Shown here one piece after another: positions 38,840 to 53,429 of a DNA stretch of 64,000 nucleotides. The notes beneath the pieces were generated by a model that did no database searches, was not told the DNA's origin, and was given only the letters and a program-made list of their open reading frames with translations. Both the position numbers and the translations under genes were made by a program. Source of the DNA: Octopus vulgaris (Eukaryota). The stretch is from positions 173,662,001 to 173,726,000 of the forward strand of contig OX597817.1 of NCBI GenBank assembly GCA_951406725.2. Direction: 5' to 3'. The first letter of the stretch is position 1. Each line of letters begins with the position of its first letter.

Positions 38840-39000
38840 TACAAGGGGGCGCTGAAAAGTTTCTGGCTTTAGGTAAAAGAAAATACAGGAGTATCAGTTA
38901 ATTATGGTTTTATTTAACATATTCCTCTCTCAGATTTACACACTTATTGCAGCAGTCCTTCAGTTTTTCTCAGTCCTGTAAAAGAACTCAGAAGGTTGGG
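38840..39000 (+). mobile_element. Tc1/mariner-type MITE, left part
   Basis: TA-CAAGGGGGCGCTGAAAAGTTTCTGGCTT end. Interior matches ~40603-40675. Confidence 0.6.
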
Positions 39001-40027
39001 TAGTAATTTCAGCACTAAATTACAGACACCAGTTGAAATGATGCAATTACGTTCTACTCAGTCCTTTCTGCTTGCCTCCACTCCTCATCAAATAAATTCT
39101 AATCTGTTCATTCATCTTATATCTTTCATATTTATCAATAAAGTCATCCACTGGTTGTGATGCTTCTTACATGATTTAGCAAACTATTCTATCCATTAAA
39201 TAGTTCTTGCAGATAAAAAAAACAGATCTCTTGAAGCAGGAAATATGTACCTATAAGAGTAATCAAAAGAAATTGCAGGAATACATGAGGTCTGTAAAAA
39301 CACTGGAATTTTAAAGAAATAACAACCAGCTAAGTGCAACTCATGTGACTCAAAAATGTATGGAGAGCTTTTGCTGCTGTCATTCACTTACAGTTGTCAG
39401 CAAGGATTTTCAGCAAAGTTTATGGCTAAAAATAGATCTTACATGCATTTGTTAATTGAGAATGATAAACGGATGTGCCTCTCTGAAGCTGTGCCTAAAA
39501 TTTAGGTAGTTGTCAGAAAGAGCTAAGCTAATAGAACCTTATTTAAAGTGTAACATTAACACTTTAGCATTTAAACTGGTCCTATACAGCCTAAATATTC
39601 CAATTTGAGCCTACTGTTTCTTATAAAAGCCCACCTTCTCGAATCGAAGTCTTTGGTTCCAGACCTTTTAACGTCTGGCAACTGAACACATAAGACACAG
39701 ATAGTTCCTGTGACAATACCTGTCCAAAAGCATTACGGCAATTTCTTTCTTCTTAACGCCATCAGCATCATTTCTCTACATATACACCTCAAGCAACACT
39801 GCACAGGTTCTAGCATAGCATTGTTCATGAATTACTTCACCATGGTTAACAGAGAGAACTCCTGTAGAAGTGACACAGGCAACAGCATTACAGCCACAAC
39901 TTTGTACGACACATATCACAACCTGCTCTGCATCATCACCGCAACTTCTCGATACAGTATTTTCAATCACCGTGTACAATTGACTATGAACTGGTATCTC
40001 TCATTTCTTGTGTGTCTGTCTCTCTCT

Positions 40028-40447
40028 CTTTTACTCTTTTACTTGTTTCAGTCATTTGACTGCGGCCATGCTGGAGCACCGCCTTTAGTCGAGCAAATCA
40101 ACCCCGGTACTTATTCTCTGTAAGCCCAGTACTTATTCTATCGGTCTCTTTTTTGCCGAACCGCTAAGTGACGGGGATGTAAAGACACCACCATCGGTTG
40201 TCAAGCAATGCTAGTGGGACAAACACAGACACACAAACACATACACACACATACATATACATATATATATATACACATATATACGACAGGCTTCTTTCAG
40301 TTTCCGTCTACCAAATCCACTCACAAGGCATTGGTCGGCCCGGGACTATAGCAGAAGACACTTGCCCAAGATGCCACGCAGTGGGACTGAACCCGAAACC
40401 ATGTGGTTGGTTAGCAAGCTACTTACCACACAGCCACTCCTGCGCCT
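40028..40447 (-). mobile_element. Full-length young family-B SINE
   Basis: Very similar to 27901-28312. Confidence 0.9.
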
Positions 40448-40602
40448 ATGAACATTCGTCTAACTTCTCGTTACAGACTTTCACTTTCTCCTGCATTATT
40501 GTTCTTACATGTACTTAAGGCATGCATCCATGCCTATACACACATACACTTTGTTCTCATGACAGGCTGTCTATTATTCTGTATGCATGCCACACACAGA
40601 AT

Positions 40603-40734
40603 CTCAGATTCACTCACTTATTGCAGTGGTCCTTCAGTTTTTCTAAGCCCTATGAAAGAACTTGGAAGGTTGGGCCTCTGACAATGCCTTTCACAATACC
40701 CTTAAAGCCAGGAACTTTCCAGCAACCCCTAGTA
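40603..40734 (+). mobile_element. Tc1/mariner-type MITE, right part
   Basis: Ends AAAGCCAGGAACTTTCCAGCAACCCCTAG-TA, roughly the reverse complement of the end at 38840. Confidence 0.6.
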
Positions 40735-40883
40735 ATTTAAAACTTCCCATCAAAATTTTGTGTTAGTTTATGTTTCAAAACCAGCATAAAAATGACAAAG
40801 TTATTTCACTAAATTCTTCATTATTTTCTAAATTAATTGAAGCAAAAGTATGTCAACAGAAATATGGTACACAAAAGGGTTAA
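40735..40883. mobile_element. Second TTAA-ended MITE family (partial copy)
   Basis: Ends AAAAGGGTTAA. Related copies at ~52590-52783 (reverse) and ~62005-62229. Confidence 0.55.
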
Positions 40884-41578
40884 CGATAGCTCCTATGCAA
40901 CCATAGAAGTAACTGCACACCACAGTTAGGCTATCACTCACTACAGCTACAGTGATGATGGGAAGATCCTGATGAGTCCCTGGCACAGTGAGGTCATTGA
41001 CCAGTTCATTCTCTGATAGTACCCCTTTTGCAGAAGTCTCAGGATTTCAAGTCAGAAGGGCTAGAAGGTTACAAAATGTTGGGATTCACATGATCAAACA
41101 ATTCTACGGACTGCCCTCCCCCAATCACATGATGTCCTCATACACCAATCATCTGATAAGAGATGCTATCATCTTGAGCTGTCGGAGATGGCCTTCAATA
41201 GCTCATTGAGCTTATTGTTGCTGTCCTAAACCTACTAGGTGAATTCAACCAACTTGATGACATGTCATCACTGATAATGTTTCTTTATCTTGATTACGTA
41301 TGACACATCCTCACCAGAAGTTACTGGTTTTCTCCAGACTCTGAACATGAAGAACCCAGCCACATTCAAGAAACTGGTGATCTCTGAGCCACTGAAGACT
41401 AGAACAACAAGCATTACCACTTTCTCTGTCAGACAGTGATCAGTCATGTTAATACTGTTGATACATTTGAAAGAAAAATCAAGTTAAAGTTTGGTGCATG
41501 CTGGGTAACATTATGCTAGGTTCACTTCCATTTATGGCCCACTAAACTTGTGTTCATATGTAACCAACATACTCTCTC

Positions 41579-43518
<1,940 letters not shown>

Positions 43519-44279
43519 TATATATATATATATACTGAATATATATATATATTTACTGAATTGCTGAATTCAGTAAAGGTAAACTTTGATTCTCTGTCTT
43601 TTAATCTTTCTAGCACTGATAAAGAAATTAACAATAAATTAACAAGTTAATCACTTGAAAAAAAAAAAAACACTTTTCAAGGTTAACTATATATCAGTGT
43701 GTGAGTGAGATAGAGAAAGAGGGAGAGAAAGACTAAGCATAGTATTGACCTTTTGGGGTCGATAAAATGAGTACCAGTTGAATACTGAGGTCAATGTAAT
43801 TGACTTACGCCTCCCCTGAAATTACTGGATCTGTACCAAAATTTAAAACCAAATTTGAAGCCAATATTATTACAATTTATATGATACTATATTCTCATAA
43901 CAGCTGATTAATGTTACTACAAATAGGTTTCATGCCAAATATGGAGAGGTAAATTTATCAATCATCAGAAATAGTTGAACAGAAATGTATGAGTTGGGCT
44001 CTTAGCTACTAGAGGTCTGAAATCGCCACATCCAGGTTAGCAGTCTTAAAGTTGTTAGTATATATGAGTGTGCAGCCCAATTCTGTCCTCACTGCTTTGC
44101 CCACTATATCATTGCAATTATGTTGTCCCACCCCTCCTCTACTTACCGAGGCTTCATTAGCCCCTTTGCATTCATGTGAACTTCCTGCTCCTTACTCATG
44201 CACCCTTGGTAATACTCCACCATCCCATTTATATTCTCATCTCCTACCTTTAGCATATGTCCTGGCACATCACCACCAT

Positions 44280-45228
44280 TTCTCTCTCATTCTTGACTAC
44301 TCTCTCTCTCTCTTTCTCTCTCTCATTCTTGATTACTCTCTCTCTCTCTTTCTCTCTCTCATTCTTGACTACTCTCTCTCTCTCTTTCTCTCTCTCATTC
44401 TTGATTACTCTCTCTCTCTCTTTCTCTCTCTCATTCTTGATTACTCTCTCTCTCTCTTTCTCTCTCTCATTCTTGATTACTCTCTCTCTCTCTTTCTCTC
44501 TCTCATTCTTGACTACTCTCTCTCTCTCTCTTTCTCTCTCTCATTCTTGATTACTCTCTCTCTCTCTCATTCTTGATTACTCTCTCTCTCTTTCTCTCTC
44601 TCATTCTTGATCTCTCTCTCTCTTTCTCTCTCTCATTCTTGACTACTCTCTCTCTCTCTTTCTCTCTCTCATTCTTGATTACTCTCTCTCTCTCTTTCTC
44701 TCTCTCATTCTTGATTACTCTCTCTCTCTCTTCTCTCTCTCATTCTTGACTACTCTCTCTCTCTTTCTCTCTCTCATTCTTGATTACTCTCTCTCTCTCT
44801 TCTCTCTCTCATTCTTGACTCTCTCTCTCTCTCTTTCTCTCTCTTGACTACTCTCTCTCTCTTTCTCTCTCTCTTCTTGATTACTCTCTCTCTCTCTTTC
44901 TCTCTCTCATTCTTGATTACTCTCTCTCTCTCTTTCTCTCTCTCATTCTTGATTACTCTCTCTCTCTTTCTCTCTCTCATTCTTGATTACTCTCTCTCTC
45001 TCTTTCTCTCTCTCATTCTTGATTACTCTCTCTCTCTCTTTCTCTCTCTCATTCTTGATTACTCTCTCTCTCTCTTTCTCTCTCTCATTCTTGATTACTC
45101 TCTCTCTCTCTTTCTCTCTCTCATTCTTGACTACTCTCTCTCTCTCTTTCTCTCTCTCATTCTTGATTACTCTCTCTCTCTCTTTCTCTCTCTCATTCTT
45201 GATTACTCTCTCTCTCTCTTTCTCTCTC
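44280..45228. repeat. Minisatellite, ~36-bp unit (CT)n-CATTCTTGA(T/C)TA-(CT)n-TT, roughly 26 copies
   Basis: Periodicity visible directly. The ORF track shows the matching 12-aa artefact LILDYSLSLFLS. Confidence 0.95.
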
Positions 45229-45270
45229 CCACTCTGTTTCTCTTTCTGCCTCCCCCTAACTGAGGTAACC

Positions 45271-45506
45271 TATTTCTTTACTACCCACAAGGGGCTAAAC
45301 ACAGAGAGGACAAACAAGGACAGACAAACGGATTAAGTCGATTACATCGACCCCAGTGCGTAACTGGTACTTATTTAATCGACACCGAAAGGATGAAAGG
45401 CAAAGTCGACCTCGGCGGAATTTGAACTCAGAACGTAACGGCAGGCAAAATACCGCTAAGTATTTCGTCCGGTGTGCTAACGTTTCTGCCAGCTCGCCGC
45501 CTTAGG
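45271..45506 (-). mobile_element. Full-length young family-C SINE with perfect 14-bp TSD
   Basis: TAACTGAGGTAACC at 45257-45270 and 45507-45520. Reverse match to 21593-21827 with CpGs intact. Confidence 0.92.
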
Positions 45507-45614
45507 TAACTGAGGTAACCATGTATTTCCTCTACAACAAGGCATCTGGTTCTGTTCCTCTGTCACACTCTAGCCTCTCATCACCTGGCACATGACCACA
45601 TCCTATAATAGCCA

Positions 45615-45980
45615 CCTTTCTCAAAGGCTCTTTGCCTTGTGAGTTACTTAGTCACCCCACTGGTGCTGGTGCTGATGCCACATGAAAAAGCATCCGGTCC
45701 ACACTGTAAAGTGGTTGGTATTTGGAAGGGCATCCAGCCATAAAAACCATGCCAAAACAGACCTTGCCAGTGCTGGTGCCATGTAAAAAAAGTGTTTAGT
45801 TCACTCTGTATGGTGGTTGGTGTTAGGAAGGACATCCAGCCATTGAAACCAACCCAAAACAGACAGTGAAGTCTGGTGCAGTCTTCTGGTTTGCCAGTTC
45901 TTGTCAAACCATCCAACCTATACCAGCATGGAAATAATGATCATGATTAGGCATTAAATAATGATGACGATGATGATGAT
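45615..45980 (+). mobile_element. Family-A-related retroposon variant with duplicated GGAAGGGCATCCAGCC module
   Basis: Two copies of the module and a (GAT)n tail. Similar variant at ~9355-9670 on the minus strand. Confidence 0.7.
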
Positions 45981-46034
45981 AACATACATGCACAGACACA
46001 CACAAATATATACTATATATATATATATATATAT

Positions 46035-46500
46035 TGTTTGGCATCCTTTCTGTCTCGGGAGACAATGGAGTTGCGCATTTTTTTTTTTTTTTTTTTTCTA
46101 GGTCTAGTCCGGCTGTTATATTTTATTTCCTGTTACATTTCTTGCTGTGGCTGTGTAGTCCTATCCTGGACAAACACTCCCTCTGGCAGGTACTGCAAAT
46201 GTAGCGAAGACTGTTCCTGGCTGGTTGTAGTGCCATGGTCTCTTGTTTATGTCTCTTCCTTTCTTTCCATTTCTCCTCCCTCTTTCTGTCACTCCTCTGT
46301 ATACCCTCTTTTACTGTACGTCGCCATTCTCCACGGTTGCCGGTGACTGCCTCCCAACCACTAATGTTGATGTTGCAGGCCTTCATATCCCTTTTGCAAA
46401 CATCCTTGTAACGTAAGATCGGTCTACCCACAGACCTAGTACCCCTAGCAAGCTCTCCGTAGAGTATGTCCTTGGGGATTCTGCCATCTTTCATACGCAT
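46035..46500 (-). mobile_element. RTE (BovB-like) LINE 3' end with C-terminal zinc finger
   Basis: RMKDGRIPKDILYGEL..GRPILRYKDVCKRDMK..YICSTCQRECLSRIGLHSHSKKC, stop at 46123, then a short 3' UTR running into (TA)n. Confidence 0.9.
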
Positions 46501-46524
46501 ATATATGTATGTATATATATGTAT

Positions 46525-46735
46525 CGCCTCACTGGTCCTCATGCCGGTGGCATGTAAAAGTACCCACTACACTCTCGGAGTGGTTGGCATTAGGAAGGGC
46601 ATCCAGCTGTAGAAACTCTGCCAAAACAGGCTGAAGCCTGGTGCAGCCATCTGGTTCGCCAGTCCTCAGTCAAATCGTCCAACCCATGCTAGCATGGAAA
46701 GCAGATGTTAAATAATAATGATGATGATGATGATG
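46525..46735 (+). mobile_element. Family-A retroposon, one unit
   Basis: Conserved body and (GAT)n tail. Confidence 0.8.
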
Positions 46736-47151
46736 TTTGTATGTATGTTTCATACATTATACATGCATAAATTGCATACATACATGTATGCGCATGCACA
46801 CACACACATATGCATTCACACATTTATATTACCAATATCATTTTACATCCGTGTTTCTCTGCTGGCCTGGGCCCAACAAAACTTACTGAAGCAATCTGTA
46901 CTTGTTTATGTCAAACTATAGGACTTAGGTGTAAGTCCTGTAGATGTTCTGTAAATAAATGTAGTTAAACCCACACACGTACATACATGCATACATACAC
47001 AAGTGCACACACGCACACACACACACACACACACACAGAGGACAACAATGTTTCATTTACTCAAATGGTACTTAGGAAGATATCCAGAATTAATAGTATT
47101 CCAACACCACACACATATAAATGTATGTATCAATGCATATATATATATGTA

Positions 47152-47217
<66 letters not shown>

Positions 47218-47218
<1 letters not shown>

Positions 47219-47441
47219 CTCTTTTACTCTTTTATTTGTTTCAGTCATTTGACTGCGGCCATGCTAGAGCACCACCTTTAGTCAGACAAATCAAGCCCTG
47301 GACTCATTCTTTGTGAACCTAGTACTTATTCTATTGGTCTCTTTTGCCAAACCGCTAAGTTACAGAGATGTAAACACACCAGCATCGGTTGTCAAGCAAT
47401 GATGGGGGGGGGGGGACAAATACAGACACACAAACTCACAC

Positions 47442-47477
<36 letters not shown>

Positions 47478-47570
47478 GACAGGCTTCTTTCAGTCTCCAT
47501 CTGCCAAATCCACTCACAAGGCTTTGGTCAGCCTGAGGCTATAGTAGAAGACACTTGCTCAAGGTGCCAT
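47218..47570 (-). mobile_element. Family-B SINE, 5'-truncated
   Basis: Match to 40028-40447. Confidence 0.8.
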
Positions 47571-47871
47571 ATAAATATACATACACACATACACACACAG
47601 ACAGATAGATAGATAGATATACAAATACATACACACACACACACACATGTATATATTGATACAAAGAGAGAGAGAGAGAGAGAAATGGAAAGAGAGATAC
47701 ACATAATATACATGATGATGATGAAGCTCCTTAACAGCTCCCATCTACCAATTTCATTTCTACAATAGAACCAAGGCTACAGTAGAAGACACAGGTCTCA
47801 CTGTATGACCAAAGATGCCAGCCAGTGTCACCATTGGTCACAGAGTAAATTTCCTACCCACTCAGCTACTC

Positions 47872-47935
47872 ATGATGATGATGATGATGATGATGAGGAT
47901 GATGATGATGGTGGTGGTGGTGGTGGTGGTGGTGA

Positions 47936-47969
<34 letters not shown>

Positions 47970-47974
47970 GGTGG

Positions 47975-48029
<55 letters not shown>

Positions 48030-48031
48030 GG

Positions 48032-48077
<46 letters not shown>

Positions 48078-48079
48078 GG

Positions 48080-48128
<49 letters not shown>

Positions 48129-48139
48129 GGTGATGATGA

Positions 48140-48173
<34 letters not shown>

Positions 48174-48184
48174 GGTGGTGGTGG

Positions 48185-48233
<49 letters not shown>

Positions 48234-48296
48234 GGTGGTGGTGGTGATGGTGATGATGATGATGATGATGCCAATGACAACAATGGTGATGATGAT
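47872..48296. repeat. Compound (GAT)n/(GGT)n trinucleotide array
   Basis: Alternating blocks. Explains the poly-D/G, poly-H and poly-S/P ORFs. Confidence 0.95.
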
Positions 48297-48447
48297 AAAA
48301 TATTTGATGTGCAAATTTCAACTTACAAACCTATACTGAAGTGAAATAATTACTCTTAATGTCCAGATACGGAAGCCTTCGCCTACCTTACCCCCAACAT
48401 TAATTGTAAGTAACATACAAAGTAATATATAATACATATATACATAA

Positions 48448-48752
48448 CGTCACCCTTTTCAAGCCTAGCCAGGCTCCTGGGCCCAGTTTCCCGGTTTCTG
48501 TGGCGTATGTGTTCCCCCCCAGCTGGACGGGATGCCAGTCCATTGCAGCGTTACTCAAGAAACAGAAGAGAGAGTGAGAGAAAGTCGTGGTGAAAGGGTA
48601 CAACAGGGGTCGCCACCACCCCCTGCAGGAGCCTGGTGGAGCTTTTAGGTGTTTTCGCTCAATAAACATACACAACGCCCGGTCTGGGAATCGAAACTGT
48701 GATCCTCCGACCACGAGTCCGCTGCCCTAACCACTGGGCCATTGCACCTCCA
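48448..48752 (-). mobile_element. tRNA-derived SINE, family D
   Basis: Minus head TGGCCCAGTGGTTAGGGCAGCGGACTC...GTTTCGATTCC (A and B boxes). The ATGGACTGGCATCCCGTCCAG segment recalls a V-SINE-type domain (from memory, not verified). Confidence 0.8.
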
Positions 48753-49121
48753 ATAAATGTATAATACATATATATATATATACACCACAATACACAAAGA
48801 TGAAAGGCTTTTCAGACATTGGAAGTGAAAGTGATTGTCTTTCGTTTGTTTATTGTGTAGAATATGTGCTGTGTGAACAGTATTATTTTATTAGGGTCAA
48901 GATTGTGCAGCCTATTAGTTGTGTTTGTTGTGTTTGTTATTTGGTAGATGATTGTGCAGGAAGTGTGTTGTGTAAGTTGTGCTGTTGAGTTGAAACTGCC
49001 CAGAGTAAAATATGGGTTGAGTCTTAGAGAGCATTTTTCAGGCAGAGTTTGTAAAGTTGTAAGCTCTGGTATGGTTGTTACATTTTCATTCATATTCTCT
49101 ATCATTATTGTTGATGTTGTA

Positions 49122-49515
49122 TAAGGTGGTTGTATGAGCTGGCAGAATCATTAGCACACTGGGCAGAATGCTTAGTAGCAGTTCACCTGTCCTTACATTC
49201 TGAGTTCAATTTCTGCCGGGGTCAACTTTGCCTTTCATCCTTTTGGGGTTGATAAAATAAGTACCAGTGAAATACTGGGGATGATGTAATTGACTAGTCC
49301 CCTTCCCCCAAAAATTTCAGGCCTTGTGCTTTTTGCAGAAAGTGTTGTTGTTGTTATTATTATTCTTACGTTCTGAGTTCAAATTCTGATGAGGTCAACT
49401 TTGCATTTCATCCTTTTGGGGTTGATGAAATATTTACTGATTGAGCACTGCAGTCGATGTTATCAACTAGACCCTCTCTATAAATTTTGCTTCCTTGTAC
49501 CTATAGCAGAAAGGG
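49122..49515 (+). mobile_element. Two tandem decayed family-C SINE copies
   Basis: TTCTGAGTTCAA..GGTCAACTTTGC.TTTCATCCTTTTGGGGTTGAT occurs near 49200 and near 49370. Confidence 0.7.
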
Positions 49516-50053
49516 TTATTATTATTATTATTATTATTGCCCATGTGAATGGCCCTCTTTCAACATATGTTTGTAAGCCTGAGGAGTGAGTGCCTGCCTG
49601 AGGTGCCCTTGGATGTCAGAGTGACCAGGATGAGTGGGGTTCCTTGGTTGGCCATAAGAGGAACTCCCTGGTTGTCAATCAGTGGTGGGAGGCAAACACA
49701 GACACAAAGACACACATACACACACACACACATACACAGACATATACGACAGGTTTCTTTCAGTTTCCATTTACCACATCCTCTCAAAAGGCTTTAGTCA
49801 GTTTTTGAGATTCTTATTGTTAAATTATTGTTGTTAATTGTTATTGCTTTATCTTATTTTATACATGAATTTTGTACTAAGCCCTACTTGTCCTTTGTGT
49901 TGTACTGTCCCTTTTTGTTTTATATCTGACTCTTGTGGCCAGTAAAGTAAAGATCACCAAAGTGTAGCACCTCAGGCAAGTATCTTCTAATATAGCCTCA
50001 GATTGACCAAAGCCTTGTGAGTGGATCTGGTAGACTGCAACTGAAAGAAGCCT

Positions 50054-50116
<63 letters not shown>

Positions 50117-50920
50117 ATGTGTGTGTGTGTGTGAGTGTGTGTGCACGTGTGTGTGTGTGCACGCACACGTGTGCATGTCTTTGTGTCTGTGTTTGTTTCC
50201 TACCATTGCTTGACAACTGGTGTTGACGAGTTTATGTTCCCATAACTTAGTGATTCAGCAAAAGAGACTGATAGAATAAGTACAAAAATATTAGGGTCAG
50301 TTTATTCAACTAAAAATTTCTTCAAGGTGGTGACCCAGCATGGCCAAGGTCTAATGACTGAAACAAATAACTGAATAAATTCATAACAAGTGGATTGAGA
50401 GAAATGTAAGGATCTTGGACCAGATACCTTATGGTAATTTGTTCTGGTTAATTATTTTTCTTTTTTAGGTTGCAGTCCTGTTGTAAATCCTGAAGAATTG
50501 CAGATAACTTGCACCATTTTCTCTTCATGACATGCAATCTTGAAACTGGATACCTTAAAAAAGATACTACATTGCCTGACTGCTATTCCACAATCCCCAC
50601 CAAATATTATTTAAGTGGCGGGATTGTGTGATCTCAAACTGAAAAGAATACATACCTAGCAAGAGTGCCTCTACATGGTCTCTGGGCCTGCTAGAAATAG
50701 CAACTAAATCTTCCATAAATTATTCTGAAAGGGAGAGACACATTGGATAATGTAGTCCTAGATGCAAAATTCCTAAGGAAAGGATGGGACAATCATGGCT
50801 GGAACACCTCTGATCATAGGTTTGCTAGCATCATCAACAATACACTCCTATGTAAACAACATCCCTCTACATATATTTTGTTCACCTTCTGCATACATAA
50901 ATTAGTTAATTAATTAGAAA

Positions 50921-51330
50921 TAGGAGTGGCTGTGTGGTAAGTAGCTTGCTTACCAACCACATGGTTCCGGGTTCAGTCCTACTGCGTGGCACCTTGGGCA
51001 ATTGTCTTCTACTATAGCCTCGGGCCAACCAAAGCCTCGTGAGTGAATTTGGTAGACGGAAACTGAAAGAAGCCCGTCATATATATTTACATATATATGT
51101 ATGTGTGTGTACATGATTGTGTGTCTGTATTTGTCCTCCCAACATCGCTTGACAACCGATGCTGGTGTGTTTACGTCCCCGTAACTGAGTGGTTTGGCAA
51201 AAGAGGCCGATAGAATAAGTACTAGGCTTACAAAGAATAAGTCCTGGGGTCGATTTGCTCGACCAAAGGTGGTGCTCCAGCATGGCCACAGTCACATGAC
51301 TGAAACAAATAAAAGAGTAAAAGAGTAAAA
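50921..51330 (+). mobile_element. Near full-length family-B SINE
   Basis: A and B boxes, central microsatellite and (GTAAAAGA)n tail. Confidence 0.9.
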
Positions 51331-51918
51331 AAACTGACAACCATAAGGGCAAACACAAGATGACCAAATACTGAAAATTTGAAAAGTTGAAATCTCCGAA
51401 TGTCAAATACTTGAAAGATTAAAAACTCAGAACACCAAATTTTGAAATATTTAAGAATTGTCTTAAAAAAACATTCACTTATAGTTTATTTGAATATGTT
51501 GAATTTGCTTTTGTTTTTCTAACAAAGAACATGTTTTAAGACAGACATGCCACTCTGTCTGTAGCTCAAAGTTGAATAATTTGGTAGAGGAGAATTCTTT
51601 TATTTTTTTTATTTGCCTTTTCCTGCTAGATATGATCTCTCACTGCAGTGTGAAGGCCTTGTAAGTATCCTGGATTAAGGACTTGGTGAATAATATCAAG
51701 ATCCACATCTAAAGCAATCAAACCCACAACAACATAGTAGAACACCACCAAGCTTACTATAAATGTTTTTGCTACCATATTTCAGTTGAATTACACTAAC
51801 CTTTGTTTCAATGTTTTTTCGTTGCTTTCATAAATTCCCATGAATCTCTGTCACCATCCAATTCCATTATTATGGATTTGAACTAGGAGCTTGAGTCATA
51901 GTGAATCTTTCATTAGTT

Positions 51919-52291
51919 GGAGTGGCTGTGTAGTAAGTAGCTTGCTTACAAACCACATGGTTCCAGGTTCAGCCCCACTGTGTGGCACCTTGGGCAAGTG
52001 TCTTCTACTATAGCCTCGGGCCGACCAAAGCCTTGTGAGTAGATTTGATAGACAGAAACTGAAAGAAGCCTGTCATATGTGTGTGTGTGTGTGTGTGTGT
52101 TTTGTGCGTCTGTATTTGTCCCCCCAACATCGCTTGACAACTGATGGTGGTGTGTTTACGCCCCATAACTTAGTGGTTCGGCAAAAGAGACTGATAGAAT
52201 AAGTACTAGGCTTACAAAGAATAAGCCCTGGGGTTGATTTGCTCGATTAAAAGATGGTGCTCCAGCATGGCCACAGTCAAAATGACCGAAA
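51919..52291 (+). mobile_element. Family-B SINE
   Basis: Match to 50921-51330. Confidence 0.88.
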
Positions 52292-53198
52292 CAAGTAAAA
52301 GAGTAAAAGAGTTGATTACACATCCATGGATGCCACCCCTTTGAATGTCTTGCAGTTAATCTCTCGACAGAGATGGTGATCCAAGATTCTTCCATTCAAC
52401 ATCGATGTAAGAAGCCTCATTGACTCAGTTGGACTCTTCCACTACCTCTTCACAATCCACCATGCTGCGGTCCCATGACTTCACCGTATCCCTGGCAGGG
52501 TGACTGAACGGGTGCTGTGCCTTGCCAAAGGGCAGCCCATAACTATGCAGGACACAATCACCACTCCATGAGGTACTTCAAATACCTACAGACCCATTTA
52601 TTTCAATTAATTTTGAAAATAGTGGAGCATTTAGTAAAATAACTTCATAATTATTAAGCTGGTGTTTGGAACATAAAACATGAAATTTTGTTGGAAGGTT
52701 TTAATTAAGATATCAGTTTAAAACAGTAAGTTTGTATCTTTGAACCAGGGGCAGTCTTTGGCAGGTTGATATCATAGGGGTTAAATATTTTTACAGTAAC
52801 CCTTCATGGTAAATATACATTCATCAAATAGCCAAGATTACATAACAAAGACCAGATTTCACTTCAAGGTTGAAAAACATCTGACTTCTTCAGTGCTGAA
52901 TAACTGTTAACTCTACCCAGTGTGGAAAGATGCATGGCATACTAAATATCTAGGACAATGTAGCCATTATGCATTTGCATAATTTGATATTTGTGCCAAT
53001 GGTTAACTTGGTATTTTTAAAAAGAATTTGTTTTTCATCCTAAAGAAGAGAAAGGGATAGAGTAAGATTAATAGTTACAGTCAAAATCTTTTTTTTAATA
53101 TTGGGTGTAAATATTTTATACTGGTCTGTTTGGAGTTAAAATCTTTTATTCATTGAGATTTCTCATACCATCATCAACCTTCTCTTCCTCCTTCTCCC

Positions 53199-53251
<53 letters not shown>

Positions 53252-53429
53252 GCCTCCCCCTCCTCCTCCTCCTCCTCCTCTTCAGCAGCAGCAGCATCAT
53301 GCTGGCATGGGTTAGATGGTTTAATAAGAATTGACAAGTCATAGGGCTGTGCCAAGCTCTGCTGTCAGAGTTGGTACGATTTCTACAGCTGGAGGCTAGG
53401 TACACTATATGGAATTCCTACCTACACCT

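Noticed and set aside
39392-39425. AG...GTAAGT-bounded 34-nt minus-strand segment
   Set aside because: Stop codons in all three frames.
40969-41000. CTGATGAGTCCC, the start of a hammerhead core
   Set aside because: No complementary GGGAC-GAAA or stem III follows.
44052-45336. ORFs with LILDYSLSLFLS repeats
   Set aside because: Translations of the 36-bp minisatellite.
47805-48344. ORFs of 137-179 aa (poly-D/G, poly-H, poly-M/V)
   Set aside because: Translations of a trinucleotide microsatellite.
48640-48752. tRNA-like sequence with A and B boxes
   Set aside because: It is the head of a SINE and continues into the SINE body. No complete cloverleaf with an acceptor stem is evident.
48812-49105. 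97-aa Thr/Asn-rich minus-strand ORF with a faint resemblance to a Penelope linker
   Set aside because: No diagnostic motif, and the composition is explained by low-complexity sequence.
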